A stretch of DNA of 64,000 nucleotides from a virus (Duplodnaviria; Caudoviricetes), in IMG/VR virus record IMGVR_UViG_3300046531_000473, positions 5,834 through 69,833 of that record; one strand, 5' to 3'. This document shows positions 20,038 to 29,623 of the stretch, piece by piece. Below the pieces are notes generated by a model, which searched no databases, had not been told where the DNA came from, and was given only the letters and a program-made list of their open reading frames with translations. Within the stretch, counting starts at the first letter, position 1. Each line of letters opens with the position of its first letter. Made by a program: the position numbers and the translations under genes.

Positions 20038-20112
20038 GTAAGACCTCCTAAGTCTTGCATCACGGCTCAGGCTATGACAGTAGCGCTGGGCCACAACACG
20101 TTTTACCCTATT

Positions 20113-20123
20113 ATTATACCACA
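20113..20123 (-). promoter_or_regulatory. Extended -10 promoter for the endonuclease gene
   Basis: TGTGGTATAAT about 75 nt upstream of the ATG. Confidence 0.55.
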
Positions 20124-20989
20124 AACCAATGCTGCGAGCTATCTTTTCTTTCACTTTTTCTCCACTTATTGGTAGCTATTTTTAGGACTTGTTGATTATC
20201 ATTACTAATCAACAAGTATTGGAAGCTATTTTGAGACATGTAGCAGTACGCAATAAGGCTATCGTCAGGTGCACAGCATGACTGTACAGAACAACTCAAG
20301 ACAACAAAAAGCCCAGCCTTGCTCTTCGCTTAGCTGGGTCCTCTTGCTCTTCCTACGATAAAGCTCCAATAGATGAGATATCACGAGGCTATTGTACTGC
20401 TCATCGCTTTGCGCTGTCAACAAAAAGAGACCAACGGTACAAGTGTTGGCCTCGGTGCGTACTGAATTGTAAAATTGATACAATGCTGAGATCTCTTCAC
20501 CGGCAAAAGTAGTAAGTCTCAGCATTTACTTTTAGATGGGCGTGTGAGGTATTATGCCTTGGCGAGGGATGATACCTTCCAGTATACAGTGTGTATACGT
20601 CGCATGTCAATGAGAAGAGGTCAACCCTGTGTGATGCTGACCTCTTGTTGGGGATCGGACTTGGAGAACCATTGATAAGCATTGTACGCTTCGCCGATCG
20701 CCTTGTCAACTTGACGGGCCATTGTACAATGTGGTGAGAGCGGACCTCGTACATTCGATTTAGAAGATGATGGCTACAGCAGCAATACGTCCGCTCCTTC
20801 TTCTTAACTATCCAGTCTGTTTCTAAGCTTGTAGCTCTGCACTGGCTTAGGATAAATCGATGTGAGCCAGCGTTTGTTTAGCGCATTGTATTGAGCGATG
20901 CGAAGCTTGCACTGCTCGTAGTCTCCTTCGCAAGAGTAGGAGAAGACTTCTTCTCCTTTGGGAGCCTAACATACACTTTATCGCCTATT

Positions 20990-21295
20990 TCAGTTTTTCT
21001 CATTATTGATATCCTTTCGGTACTCATTGTACCTCCTCATAACGTGACGATCCTGTTCATCCATGAGGCATTCCCAAGCCTCCTGTACCCACCGTGGGGA
21101 TTTTCCAATGGAACTATATTGCTTCGAAAAAGAGCAATCTTCGCAACGCACTCCAACTTGACCCGTGGGTACCGCGTCGGTATGCCATCCTACGCCATCT
21201 TCGGGCGGTATCCCGTCCTCAAAATGAAATCCAGTGACGACGGACACATATTCAGACAATGTGAACTTTTTATGTTTACATCTCATTACTCCCAC
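20990..21295 (-). CDS. Hypothetical protein
   Basis: 101 aa with CKH and CEDC; coupled to neighbours. Confidence 0.55.
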   Translation of the reverse strand: MGVMRCKHKKFTLSEYVSVVTGFHFEDGIPPEDGVGWHTDAVPTGQVGVRCEDCSFSKQYSSIGKSPRWVQEAWECLMDEQDRHVMRRYNEYRKDINNEKN

Positions 21296-21501
21296 TCTCC
21301 TACTATTCGCTCACCATCCCATCTCATGCCATTTCCCCAATATCCTTTTCTTTTTTCAAGACGCAATGGCCCATTGCTATCATCAATGAAGTACCCCAAG
21401 TCGTTTAGGTGATTGTGGATCTCCCACTGAGGCCCCCATGAGCCATTATTACGTTTCTTATCTGCTACGATGTAGTCTTGCAGCAATTGCTGTGGTGTCA
21501 T
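21286..21501 (-). CDS. Hypothetical protein
   Basis: 71 aa, RBS AGAAAGG. Confidence 0.55.
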   Translation of the reverse strand: MTPQQLLQDYIVADKKRNNGSWGPQWEIHNHLNDLGYFIDDSNGPLRLEKRKGYWGNGMRWDGERIVGEWE

Positions 21502-21670
21502 GATTGTTACCTTTCTTGGGCCAGCCCGCTACTAACCTCTCAGCGCCTGTGCATATAACGCATTCAGCATCTTCATTTTCGGCCTCTGGAAGACCTTCTA
21601 GACCGAGATCTTCCGCACACTCTATGCAGACATAACCTCTGCCCGCATCATCAAAAAGAATATTGTTCAT
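21458..21670 (-). CDS. Small zinc-finger-like protein
   Basis: CIEC...CVIC; RBS GAAGGAG. Confidence 0.5.
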   Translation of the reverse strand: MNNILFDDAGRGYVCIECAEDLGLEGLPEAENEDAECVICTGAERLVAGWPKKGNNHDTTAIAARLHRSR

Positions 21671-21729
21671 GTCTCAACTCCTTCTTTAGGCCAGCCCTGC
21701 AGCCAGCCCGCTACTATAACTTTAAGACG

Positions 21730-22068
21730 CTAATATCCTATAGACTCCAAGTAACCTGCAATATGCTCTCGTGTCCAATGTTCCGTATCATTAAGCGATG
21801 TAATCAAATCGAGGATTTCAGGATGCATCCTGAACCCTTCACCAAAGCTTCCTGGTGGATAAGGGACATTGCAATCCTTTGTCCCTGTTGCACTATATAT
21901 GGTGGCTTTGACCATCCCATCATCTAGCCCATCAGGCATTGGCATTTTATTAGTAATTGCCTCATATGCAGCCCCTAATGCACAAGTGCAATTATCTTGA
22001 ATATAATCGCCGAATGCTTGTGGCCTCTTCTTTGCTCCTTCTCGGATGCACTCTGAAAGTTTTTGCAT
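21730..22068 (-). CDS. Conserved phage hypothetical protein
   Basis: CTCALGAAY...LNDTEHWTREHIAGYL; RBS AGGAGG. Confidence 0.7.
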   Translation of the reverse strand: MQKLSECIREGAKKRPQAFGDYIQDNCTCALGAAYEAITNKMPMPDGLDDGMVKATIYSATGTKDCNVPYPPGSFGEGFRMHPEILDLITSLNDTEHWTREHIAGYLESIGY

Positions 22069-22124
22069 TTGAAAATCCTCCTTTTGTGGGCTACCTTTCG
22101 ATAGCCCTGCTAACTCGCTAAAAT

Positions 22125-23054
22125 TTAAAACGGTGCCTCATCATGACTAGGAACATCACTGCCTTGTTTCCAAGGCTCATGAGTCTCAGCATCGGTGGCA
22201 ATGCGGCCTGATAACGCCTCCGCCCACGCAACGGCTTTCTCTGTGCATTCTCTAAAGTGTTCAATGTGCTCAACAGGTACTTCATGCTTTTGCAGGTATG
22301 ATACAGGTATTGCATCGGGTATCCCGCAAAGCATCGGGAATATTGGCTTGCTGTTCGCGCCCTGGCCGCGCTGTTCCTGCTTCTTGGATGCGCCGAATAT
22401 TGCAGAGTAGGACCAGAGAGGCAGTGCCATATCGCAACCTGCGCCGCGCAGAACCTCATGAGCTGCTGCGAGCACCTTGTACTGCTTGCGCATTGCAACA
22501 AGTGCATCGGCAGTCTGTGTGCTCTTCACCGTAAAGACCAATGGCTTATCGTAGTCAGGCAAGATCTGCCTGATGATGACTTGAGCATACAGCACAGTCT
22601 CTGACTTTTCAGAATTGCGCTTTGTGCGCCACTGGTACACAATGCCCATTTTCCCACTCGTTGTGGCAATCGATGGGACACCATCAGCCATCAGGAAAAG
22701 CGCTGGGCGCTCTATTGCCCAATGCTTCACGACTTCGCCACTGCCGTGAGATATCTCGATCCATGGGATGCTATGCTTTCTCATAGCATCGTCAAGCTCT
22801 TTATCCTTTTCACATGCTGTGAAGAATCCGGCATAATAGAGACTGTCCCATGCAACCTCACCAGTGTCCTCATCGATGACTTGACAGCCTTGCTCATCGA
22901 GCTTAGGTCGTTGTGCTGGCAGTCCTGTGGCGTACTGAAGCAATGCGTACTCCGGTGCTGGTGTCACTGCTTCTTTGCCAAGATCGACGGCGCGACCTCC
23001 AAAGGGGACATAAGACTCGAGGATTTTTCCTGTTATGGTGATTTCTGTTGACAT
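22125..23054 (-). CDS. Hypothetical protein, possible ssDNA-binding/recombination protein
   Basis: 309 aa; acidic C-terminal tail ending DEAPF. Confidence 0.6.
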   Translation of the reverse strand: MSTEITITGKILESYVPFGGRAVDLGKEAVTPAPEYALLQYATGLPAQRPKLDEQGCQVIDEDTGEVAWDSLYYAGFFTACEKDKELDDAMRKHSIPWIEISHGSGEVVKHWAIERPALFLMADGVPSIATTSGKMGIVYQWRTKRNSEKSETVLYAQVIIRQILPDYDKPLVFTVKSTQTADALVAMRKQYKVLAAAHEVLRGAGCDMALPLWSYSAIFGASKKQEQRGQGANSKPIFPMLCGIPDAIPVSYLQKHEVPVEHIEHFRECTEKAVAWAEALSGRIATDAETHEPWKQGSDVPSHDEAPF

Positions 23055-23134
23055 TATGTTTCTCGCTTTCGTGGTATGATGTTTTAAAACGATTTGGTTT
23101 TGCTGAGCGGAGGAAATGCAGTCCTTGCTCAGCT

Positions 23135-23332
23135 TTACTTTCTCCGACGTTCTTTATATGCTTCAAACGCTTTACGCTCCCCCACGTACGACGGTATCTT
23201 ATCGAATTGGCGTTGTGCCGACTGGGTGCGCATCGCCTCAATGTGATCATCACACATACCGTGAGACATCTCCTCATCGCCTTTTGCAGGCGGGACACAC
23301 CAGGGACACGGGCCGATCTTCACGCCTAACAC
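23135..23332 (-). CDS. Small CxxC protein
   Basis: CPWC...HGMCDDH. Confidence 0.6.
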   Translation of the reverse strand: MLGVKIGPCPWCVPPAKGDEEMSHGMCDDHIEAMRTQSAQRQFDKIPSYVGERKAFEAYKERRRK

Positions 23333-23526
23333 TTACGCTCTCCTTTATAAACGATCTTCCTTGTTTGCCGATCCATGACTCCAAATTGGAGTCCTCTCCA
23401 CCCGTTGTCCTCTTGGGACATATCAGCCGCTCTCTTGGCAAATTGAAGATCGTCCGTCTGGAGTCCTCCGTGTCCGTAGACAGGCTCAAATTTCCAAGAG
23501 ACTACGCTATAACGATACTGATGCAT
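23326..23526 (-). CDS. Hypothetical protein
   Basis: 66 aa, coupled to neighbours. Confidence 0.5.
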   Translation of the reverse strand: MHQYRYSVVSWKFEPVYGHGGLQTDDLQFAKRAADMSQEDNGWRGLQFGVMDRQTRKIVYKGERKC

Positions 23527-23683
23527 TATTTTCTCCTCTCAACTCTTACTGCTACTGTCAAGATTATTGACGCGACCGACCATGACGAGCATACCGCAGC
23601 AGTTGCGGCTATCCACAAAGGGAGACCATACACTGTCTCACTAAAGAATGTTACTATCCATTGAAACATTTGCTTATCCTTTC

Positions 23684-23899
23684 TTACTTGATAACTACAT
23701 TCTTCACATTTGGATGAAGAATATTAACTTTGCACTCAAAGCCATCTGCATCCTTGTAAGCCACAATTTGATCTTGCTCGTTACCTGCAAGGCCAGGAAC
23801 AAAGTCCTTATTTATTGTTGACTCTCCTATTGAGAGCACTATACCGCTACATTTGACGTATCGCATAGTTTGCGTGTAGTATCCATATGTGATTTTCAT
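23684..23899 (-). CDS. Hypothetical protein
   Basis: 71 aa, RBS AAGGAAA. Confidence 0.55.
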   Translation of the reverse strand: MKITYGYYTQTMRYVKCSGIVLSIGESTINKDFVPGLAGNEQDQIVAYKDADGFECKVNILHPNVKNVVIK

Positions 23900-23910
23900 G
23901 TCTGTTTCCT

Positions 23911-24480
23911 TTATCTCATTAATTGAAAGCCACGACTGGTTGTCAGTGCAGCGTTCATCATGTCAACAGAACGAGACTTGATTTCAGCGATCTCACCGAG
24001 CAATGCAGCTTTGTGCTCACGCTTCTCAGCGATGGCTGCCACATAGTCATAGCGCTCTTTCTTGCCCAGCGAAATGATCCGGTAAGTCTGCTTAGGTGCC
24101 TCAATAACCACCGGAGCAGGCTTCGCAATCGCCGCTAACTTCTCTCTGACTGCATCAGACATTACGTACTCTTGCACAGCCACCGGAGTAGCCTTGACCA
24201 CCTGAGCAGGCATCGCGTCAACCTTCCGAGCAGCATAGCGTGCATTTTGAGCTTCAGCCATCATATTTACATGATAGCAGCGATGCTTATACACTGCATT
24301 CCCTTCGCACGTACAGCTATGCGCTTTGTTGCGACGTAGAGTCGTGAAATACTCAGCGCCCTTGTCGCTCCTGATGTGGAGCACTACATCCCCTCTGTGC
24401 AATCCTTTAGGTGCGTAGTCCTTCTTTAATGAATAACGGGTGAGCACTAAAATTGTCCGTGTCGCTTGCTGCTTCGTCAT
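23911..24480 (-). CDS. SWIM zinc-finger protein
   Basis: HSCTCEGNAVYKHRCYH fits CxC-xn-CxH; first gene after a strong promoter. Confidence 0.75.
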   Translation of the reverse strand: MTKQQATRTILVLTRYSLKKDYAPKGLHRGDVVLHIRSDKGAEYFTTLRRNKAHSCTCEGNAVYKHRCYHVNMMAEAQNARYAARKVDAMPAQVVKATPVAVQEYVMSDAVREKLAAIAKPAPVVIEAPKQTYRIISLGKKERYDYVAAIAEKREHKAALLGEIAEIKSRSVDMMNAALTTSRGFQLMR

Positions 24481-24532
24481 TGTCGTCCTCGCTTTCTGCT
24501 TGGTGGTTTTGTGTTCCTCAACTTCTATACCT

Positions 24533-24561
24533 ATTATAACCTCTAGTTAAGCCAAAGTCAA
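24533..24561 (-). promoter_or_regulatory. sigma70-type leftward promoter
   Basis: TTGACT-17-TATAAT. Confidence 0.85.
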
Positions 24562-24589
24562 GGCTTTTCAAGACTAATTTGCCTTGCTA

Positions 24590-24618
24590 TTGACAAACTG
24601 ATTAAATTGGCTTAATAT
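24590..24618 (+). promoter_or_regulatory. sigma70-type rightward promoter
   Basis: TTGACA-17-TAATAT, divergent from the previous promoter. Confidence 0.75.
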
Positions 24619-24663
24619 TAAGGAAGATAAAGGAAATTACCAAGAAAGGGGACAACGACAACC

Positions 24664-24945
24664 ATGTTAGAGGAACAAAAAATCTATAGCATCCAGGATC
24701 TCTTTGATATGCTGCCTATCACATTGGCAGAGCTAGCACGCCGAAGCAAAATTAACGAGGTGACACTGGCACGAATACGTGATGGTAGATCTACGCGGAG
24801 AAGCACGGTCAACAAGCTCCTGATCACAATGTCGGATATCTACGGGCGCAACCTTACCATTAAGAATGTTATAGGAGTTAATTCAATGGTAAACAAAAGG
24901 ATAGAAGCCAAAGAAGCAAAGCCTGAAGAGGAAGTAGCAGCCTAA
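24664..24945 (+). CDS. Cro/XRE-type HTH regulator
   Basis: ITLAELARRSKINEVTLARIRDG. Confidence 0.85.
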   Translation: MLEEQKIYSIQDLFDMLPITLAELARRSKINEVTLARIRDGRSTRRSTVNKLLITMSDIYGRNLTIKNVIGVNSMVNKRIEAKEAKPEEEVAA

Positions 24946-25085
24946 CGGATGCATGGAACGTTGCCTAGAAACCAATTGCCATGCATCCGGTGCCTGTAGT
25001 AACTGAACTACAGAAGGATGGTAGTCGAGTTGCCAGTTGACACCTGACAACCAACTTAAAGGATACCTATGGAGATTATAGCATA

Positions 25086-28000
25086 ATGCTCAAAGAAGTT
25101 ACACAAGATACTGTTCAATGCCAAGAGTCACCTCTCGATATTGTTCTTTCGAGATTGCCAGTATACAAAAGTACAAGCAGAGGAGGGTACATGGCATGTT
25201 GCCCTGCTCATAACGATCGGCACCCAAGCCTTGAGATCTGGGAAGACATCACAGATGGGCATGCAGGTATCATGTGCTATGCAGGATGCTCACATCAGGC
25301 CATCTGTGATGCACTCAGCATTGATGAAACCAACCTCTATCGCAAGGATACAAACTTCAAAGCGCGTGCGCCGTATGCAAACATCACATTGCAAGAATTA
25401 GGCAGGGACAAAATCATAGACCCCAGGTTCCTAATCAATCTCGACATAACAGAATTTAAGGGCAAGATACGCATCACCTACTTCAATCTTGATGGGTCTA
25501 AATACGAACATTCTCGCTTCAGATGGGCGCTAAAGGCTAAAGACGGCACGAAATGGGAGAAGGGTGCTAAAGCTATTCCCTATGGGCTTGAACGATTAGC
25601 CATTGCTCGTGAGGCAGGTTACCTTGTCATTCCAGAAGGAGAGAGCGACTGTTGGACACTATGGCGACACAACATGCCAGCATTGGGTATCGCTGGTGCG
25701 AATATGTTCAACTGCTTGCAATCTGAGCACGTTGCAGCATTTCCACCTGTCGTCTACATCGTCAAAGAGCCACCTGAGAAGGGAAAGCCTGATGCAGGTA
25801 AACAATTTGGACACGGGACATCAAAGAGACTTGCGGACCTGGGCTATCAGGGAAAGGTGCTCGTGGTTGATTTGAAAGCATCACATGAGGTGAAGGACCC
25901 CAACGATTTGCATAAGAAACTTCATGTGCAAGGCAGGCTAAAGGACTTCTCCGCAGAACTCTGGAAAGCCCTTGATGCGGCTACTCCAATTGGCGGAGCT
26001 AATACTAGCAGCTCAGAGTCCTTGCTTCCTGAGATCATCCTTGGTGGCCAGCTACGCGATGTTACGCAGAAAGCTCTTGATGCCTTGCATACATATGAGG
26101 CAATAAAACGCCGAATGTTTGTGCATTTTTCAATGCTCTCTCGTGTTGTACGTGATGAAGATGATAGACCTATTGTACAGCAATTGAATGTTGCATCATT
26201 AAAAGGCGATCTATCATCTAGTGCTGACTTCTTTAGGACAAAAAGGATCAATCCAGAGGAGGTGACAATGATACCTGTGTCACCCAGTAACGAGGTAGCT
26301 GAACAGATCTTGGCTCTTCCTCCTTCTGACTGGAAGTTCCCTGTGCTTAAAGGTGTAACTGAGGCTCCTGTTGTAGCACCTGATGGATCAATTATTGATC
26401 AGCCAGGGTATGACAAGAAACTCAAAGTGTACTATGATCCATCGGAAGATTTGAAAGGCCTCAAGGTTCCTGAGAATGTTACACAAGAGGATGCTAAGAA
26501 TGCAGCGAAACTGCTGTCACGTCTCATTGAAGAGTTCCCTTTTGAGGGCCAAGCAGACAAGGCAAATATGATGGGGTTGTTCATCACTCCATTCATCAGA
26601 CATGCGTTCAAGGGAGATATCCAGCTAGCGCTGCTAGATGCGACCAATCCAGGGACAGGCAAGACTTTCCTCGCTCAACTCCTCGCTATCATTGCAACAG
26701 GGAAAAGGACTGAGGCAAGATCTCAAAAAGGAGACGATGATGAGTGGAGAAAGTTTATCCTGGCTGTACTGCTAAAGTGCCCACAGGTGGTCCTCATTGA
26801 TAATGTTCGTGGCACTCTTGCATCAGTCTCTCTAGAGGCAGCGCTAACCAGTGAGACAATCAGTGACCGACTCCTAGGAGTGTCGAAAGATGTTACTGCC
26901 ACGAACACGGCTGTATGGGTGGTGACAGGGAACAATCTCCTGATCGGAGGAGACTTATCACGAAGATGCTTTAGAATACGCCTGATAGCCAACGATGCCA
27001 ACCCTGATGAGAGAGACAACTATGAGATACCTCAGATCTTAGATTACTGCGAAGAGCATAGAAGAGAATTCGTAGAGGCTATCCTGATTATGATAAAAGC
27101 GTGGTTCCAAGCAGGGAAACCTGCTCCAAAGACAAAGATATCCAAAGCTGACTCGTTCGGCAACTGGATGAAGATGGTCGGCGGAATCCTTGACTATGCA
27201 GGAATTGAAGGATGGCAACAAAACAGAGAGGAGTTGAGGTCAAAGAATAACGAAGAAGCAAAAGAGTGGGAGCGTTTCCTAAGTGCGTGGCACAACAGGT
27301 ATGACAGCAATTGGGTGAAAACACTTGATGTGCAAAAAGATGTTATCAGTGGATCTCCCCACTCTGTTGCATTTGAGGTAGACAGTAGACTCTTTGAATC
27401 GCTCCCGTCATACCTCGCAAAGAAGTTCTCGGAGAAACGTGAAAGCTTCTATCTCTCGCTTGGACACTCGCTAACATTCCGCAAACAAACAGTCTTTGGG
27501 TCTGAAGGATTCCGTATCGAAGACATGGTAGACAGCCACACTGGAAATAAAGTTTGGCGAGTGACCAAAAAAGAGATTGAAAACAAACCACCGCAAACAG
27601 GACAATGTATCAATAACCAAAGTGGCTCTACAGGCGGATCTAACGGGTATGACAAAGAGGCTGCAGTGGATTGCAGTGGATCTAACCCCCTTGGCTACCG
27701 AGAGAAACTAAAATATTCTTCTCTTGATACTAATAATGTTTCTCCTGGGGCTTGGGTAGTTCAAACCACTGCAATCCACTGCAAGGGTCAAAATGACTCT
27801 ATTAATGAAGTGCCCTTAGATCGCTCTGCAAGCGGTGTTATGACCACTTTAGACCTAATGAAACAAAGTCCCATTTGCGGTGGTTTGAATTCAACTTTTA
27901 AAAGTGAGCATTCTAAAGAGGATGTCACCGAAACATCACCAAATATTGCATCTTCTGATATTCTTGCTGAGGATGCTTTACCACCGATGGCAGACACAGA

Positions 28001-28301
28001 TCTCCCTGCTCCTGTGGACTGTGCAACGAAATACGATGGTTTCCAATGTTGTGGCCACGAGCCAGCAACATACGAGGATGTGCTGCATCTCGACAACGAT
28101 GGGCGTGAATGGTGCTCAAAGTGTCTTGCTCATTGTCAGCTTATGAATATTGGTGAGAGGCTTGGCTACCCTGCTATCATGAGAGACAAAGGCGGCAAAG
28201 ACATCTTTGTGAGAGCTGGACAAGGGGCATGGCTGGCCTGTGCATCCCGTTGGGGGCATAGCCTGGTCAGTGAGGCTCTTCAGATTGCACTGAGCATGTA
28301 G
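25086..28301 (+). CDS. Primase-helicase fusion (Zn finger, TOPRIM, P-loop NTPase)
   Basis: CPAHND...CYAGC; IPEGESD...KDPND; NPGTGKT and VLIDNV; low-complexity region followed by a Cys-rich tail. Confidence 0.85.
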   Translation: MLKEVTQDTVQCQESPLDIVLSRLPVYKSTSRGGYMACCPAHNDRHPSLEIWEDITDGHAGIMCYAGCSHQAICDALSIDETNLYRKDTNFKARAPYANITLQELGRDKIIDPRFLINLDITEFKGKIRITYFNLDGSKYEHSRFRWALKAKDGTKWEKGAKAIPYGLERLAIAREAGYLVIPEGESDCWTLWRHNMPALGIAGANMFNCLQSEHVAAFPPVVYIVKEPPEKGKPDAGKQFGHGTSKRLADLGYQGKVLVVDLKASHEVKDPNDLHKKLHVQGRLKDFSAELWKALDAATPIGGANTSSSESLLPEIILGGQLRDVTQKALDALHTYEAIKRRMFVHFSMLSRVVRDEDDRPIVQQLNVASLKGDLSSSADFFRTKRINPEEVTMIPVSPSNEVAEQILALPPSDWKFPVLKGVTEAPVVAPDGSIIDQPGYDKKLKVYYDPSEDLKGLKVPENVTQEDAKNAAKLLSRLIEEFPFEGQADKANMMGLFITPFIRHAFKGDIQLALLDATNPGTGKTFLAQLLAIIATGKRTEARSQKGDDDEWRKFILAVLLKCPQVVLIDNVRGTLASVSLEAALTSETISDRLLGVSKDVTATNTAVWVVTGNNLLIGGDLSRRCFRIRLIANDANPDERDNYEIPQILDYCEEHRREFVEAILIMIKAWFQAGKPAPKTKISKADSFGNWMKMVGGILDYAGIEGWQQNREELRSKNNEEAKEWERFLSAWHNRYDSNWVKTLDVQKDVISGSPHSVAFEVDSRLFESLPSYLAKKFSEKRESFYLSLGHSLTFRKQTVFGSEGFRIEDMVDSHTGNKVWRVTKKEIENKPPQTGQCINNQSGSTGGSNGYDKEAAVDCSGSNPLGYREKLKYSSLDTNNVSPGAWVVQTTAIHCKGQNDSINEVPLDRSASGVMTTLDLMKQSPICGGLNSTFKSEHSKEDVTETSPNIASSDILAEDALPPMADTDLPAPVDCATKYDGFQCCGHEPATYEDVLHLDNDGREWCSKCLAHCQLMNIGERLGYPAIMRDKGGKDIFVRAGQGAWLACASRWGHSLVSEALQIALSM
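27662..27783. repeat. 18-bp perfect inverted repeat inside the primase-helicase gene (putative origin)
   Basis: TGCAGTGGATTGCAGTGG (27662-27679) and CCACTGCAATCCACTGCA (27766-27783). Confidence 0.85.
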
Positions 28302-28361
28302 AATAGTCAGCGGAGGATTGCGCGTTGCAGTCCTCTCGCTAGCACAGAAAGGACAACAAAG

Positions 28362-28538
28362 ATGGAGAGGTTAGAGAAGCTTTGTCAAGAGATTATAGAC
28401 TATTTCAGTGATTTCTTTAGTGGCATGTGGTACGGCGTAGTAAGGCTATTCGAGAAGACTGGGTGGCAAGGCATGGCGATATCCTTTGGGATTGCATTCT
28501 TGTTGGGAGTAGTGCTACCATCGTGTTCACACCGCTAG
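28362..28538 (+). CDS. Small membrane protein (58 aa)
   Basis: RBS AGAAAGGA; MERLEKL...GMAISFGIAFLLGVVLPSCSHR*. Confidence 0.55.
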   Translation: MERLEKLCQEIIDYFSDFFSGMWYGVVRLFEKTGWQGMAISFGIAFLLGVVLPSCSHR

Positions 28539-28742
28539 AAAGGACAACACCATGAGACCGATTGAATACCGAGCTTGGCACAAGCAAAAGCAGAAGAGGT
28601 GTGCAGTCACATCTTTATCCTGGAAGTGCGAAGCATCAGAACTAAGAGGCTCTCTATCCTTCCGGGTGAAAGTAGTCCCCCGTTCAGGTGTTGGCACCAA
28701 GTAAAATGCCCGAATACACACAAAGCAGAGAAAGGACTCTTG

Positions 28743-29207
28743 ATGAACAGCGTAAAAGGATATGTCCAGAGATGGATAGATCACAAATCGAGAGAAATAG
28801 AAACTCAGGTCCTTGGTGATTTCACAGAAGAGTATCACCAAGCAAAAATGGAGAATGACATGTACAAACTGTCTTGGTATCTTCTAGACGCTCTAAATAA
28901 TCCTTACCCGACTGATGACATGTATGCAGCAGAAGCGTTGCTGAGTGATGCTGATAAGAGACGCATTGATCTGACAGAGATGGATATAGGGGGTCATAAA
29001 ATAAGCATTTCCACTGTATTCCTTGTAATGGATCATAGCTATGGACATGTACCTACATTGTATGAAACAATGGTTTTCATAGATGATAACAATGCTGGTG
29101 TTAGCAAATTCACGAATAGGTATAGTACACGAGAAGAAGCAATATTAGGGCACCAAGAGATTGTAGATAGCATCAAACAGTTGCCATTGGACTTGCTGAT
29201 AGCCTGA
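28743..29207 (+). CDS. Hypothetical protein
   Basis: ISTVFLVMDH...LYETMVF...RYSTREEAILGH motif common in phage proteins; start moved to 28743. Confidence 0.7.
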   Translation: MNSVKGYVQRWIDHKSREIETQVLGDFTEEYHQAKMENDMYKLSWYLLDALNNPYPTDDMYAAEALLSDADKRRIDLTEMDIGGHKISISTVFLVMDHSYGHVPTLYETMVFIDDNNAGVSKFTNRYSTREEAILGHQEIVDSIKQLPLDLLIA

Positions 29208-29386
29208 TATGGCCAAAAACACGGGTTGAGACAAAGATTTCCCAGCTTGTTGGCAAAATCTGCACACTACTACGCAAAATGTAGACAAAAGTACTATAGT
29301 ACAGGCATGATTTGGGAGAAGATGGCAAAAAACACGAGAAAACAGAATCGATTGCCATCCAAGCCCGTTGCAAGAAAGGGCAATCT

Positions 29387-29623
29387 ATGATACACAAGGT
29401 AGGTAATGCATATGTCATTTCTAGCAATCAAGTAGCCATTCCAGGATGCTATGACAGCGAGAGAGCTGCAAAGTATGCATTCAGGTTTTCCGATGAAGAT
29501 CTGCAACTTCTGCAAGATCAAGTCAACAAGAGAGAATCATGCCATAAGAAGCGATTAATATCATTCGAAATGTTACAATCGTTAGTAAAAAGCAGGAAAG
29601 TATACAAGCATGAGAACACATGA
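29387..29623 (+). CDS. Hypothetical protein
   Basis: RBS AGAAAGGG; IPGCYDSERAAKYAF. Confidence 0.55.
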   Translation: MIHKVGNAYVISSNQVAIPGCYDSERAAKYAFRFSDEDLQLLQDQVNKRESCHKKRLISFEMLQSLVKSRKVYKHENT

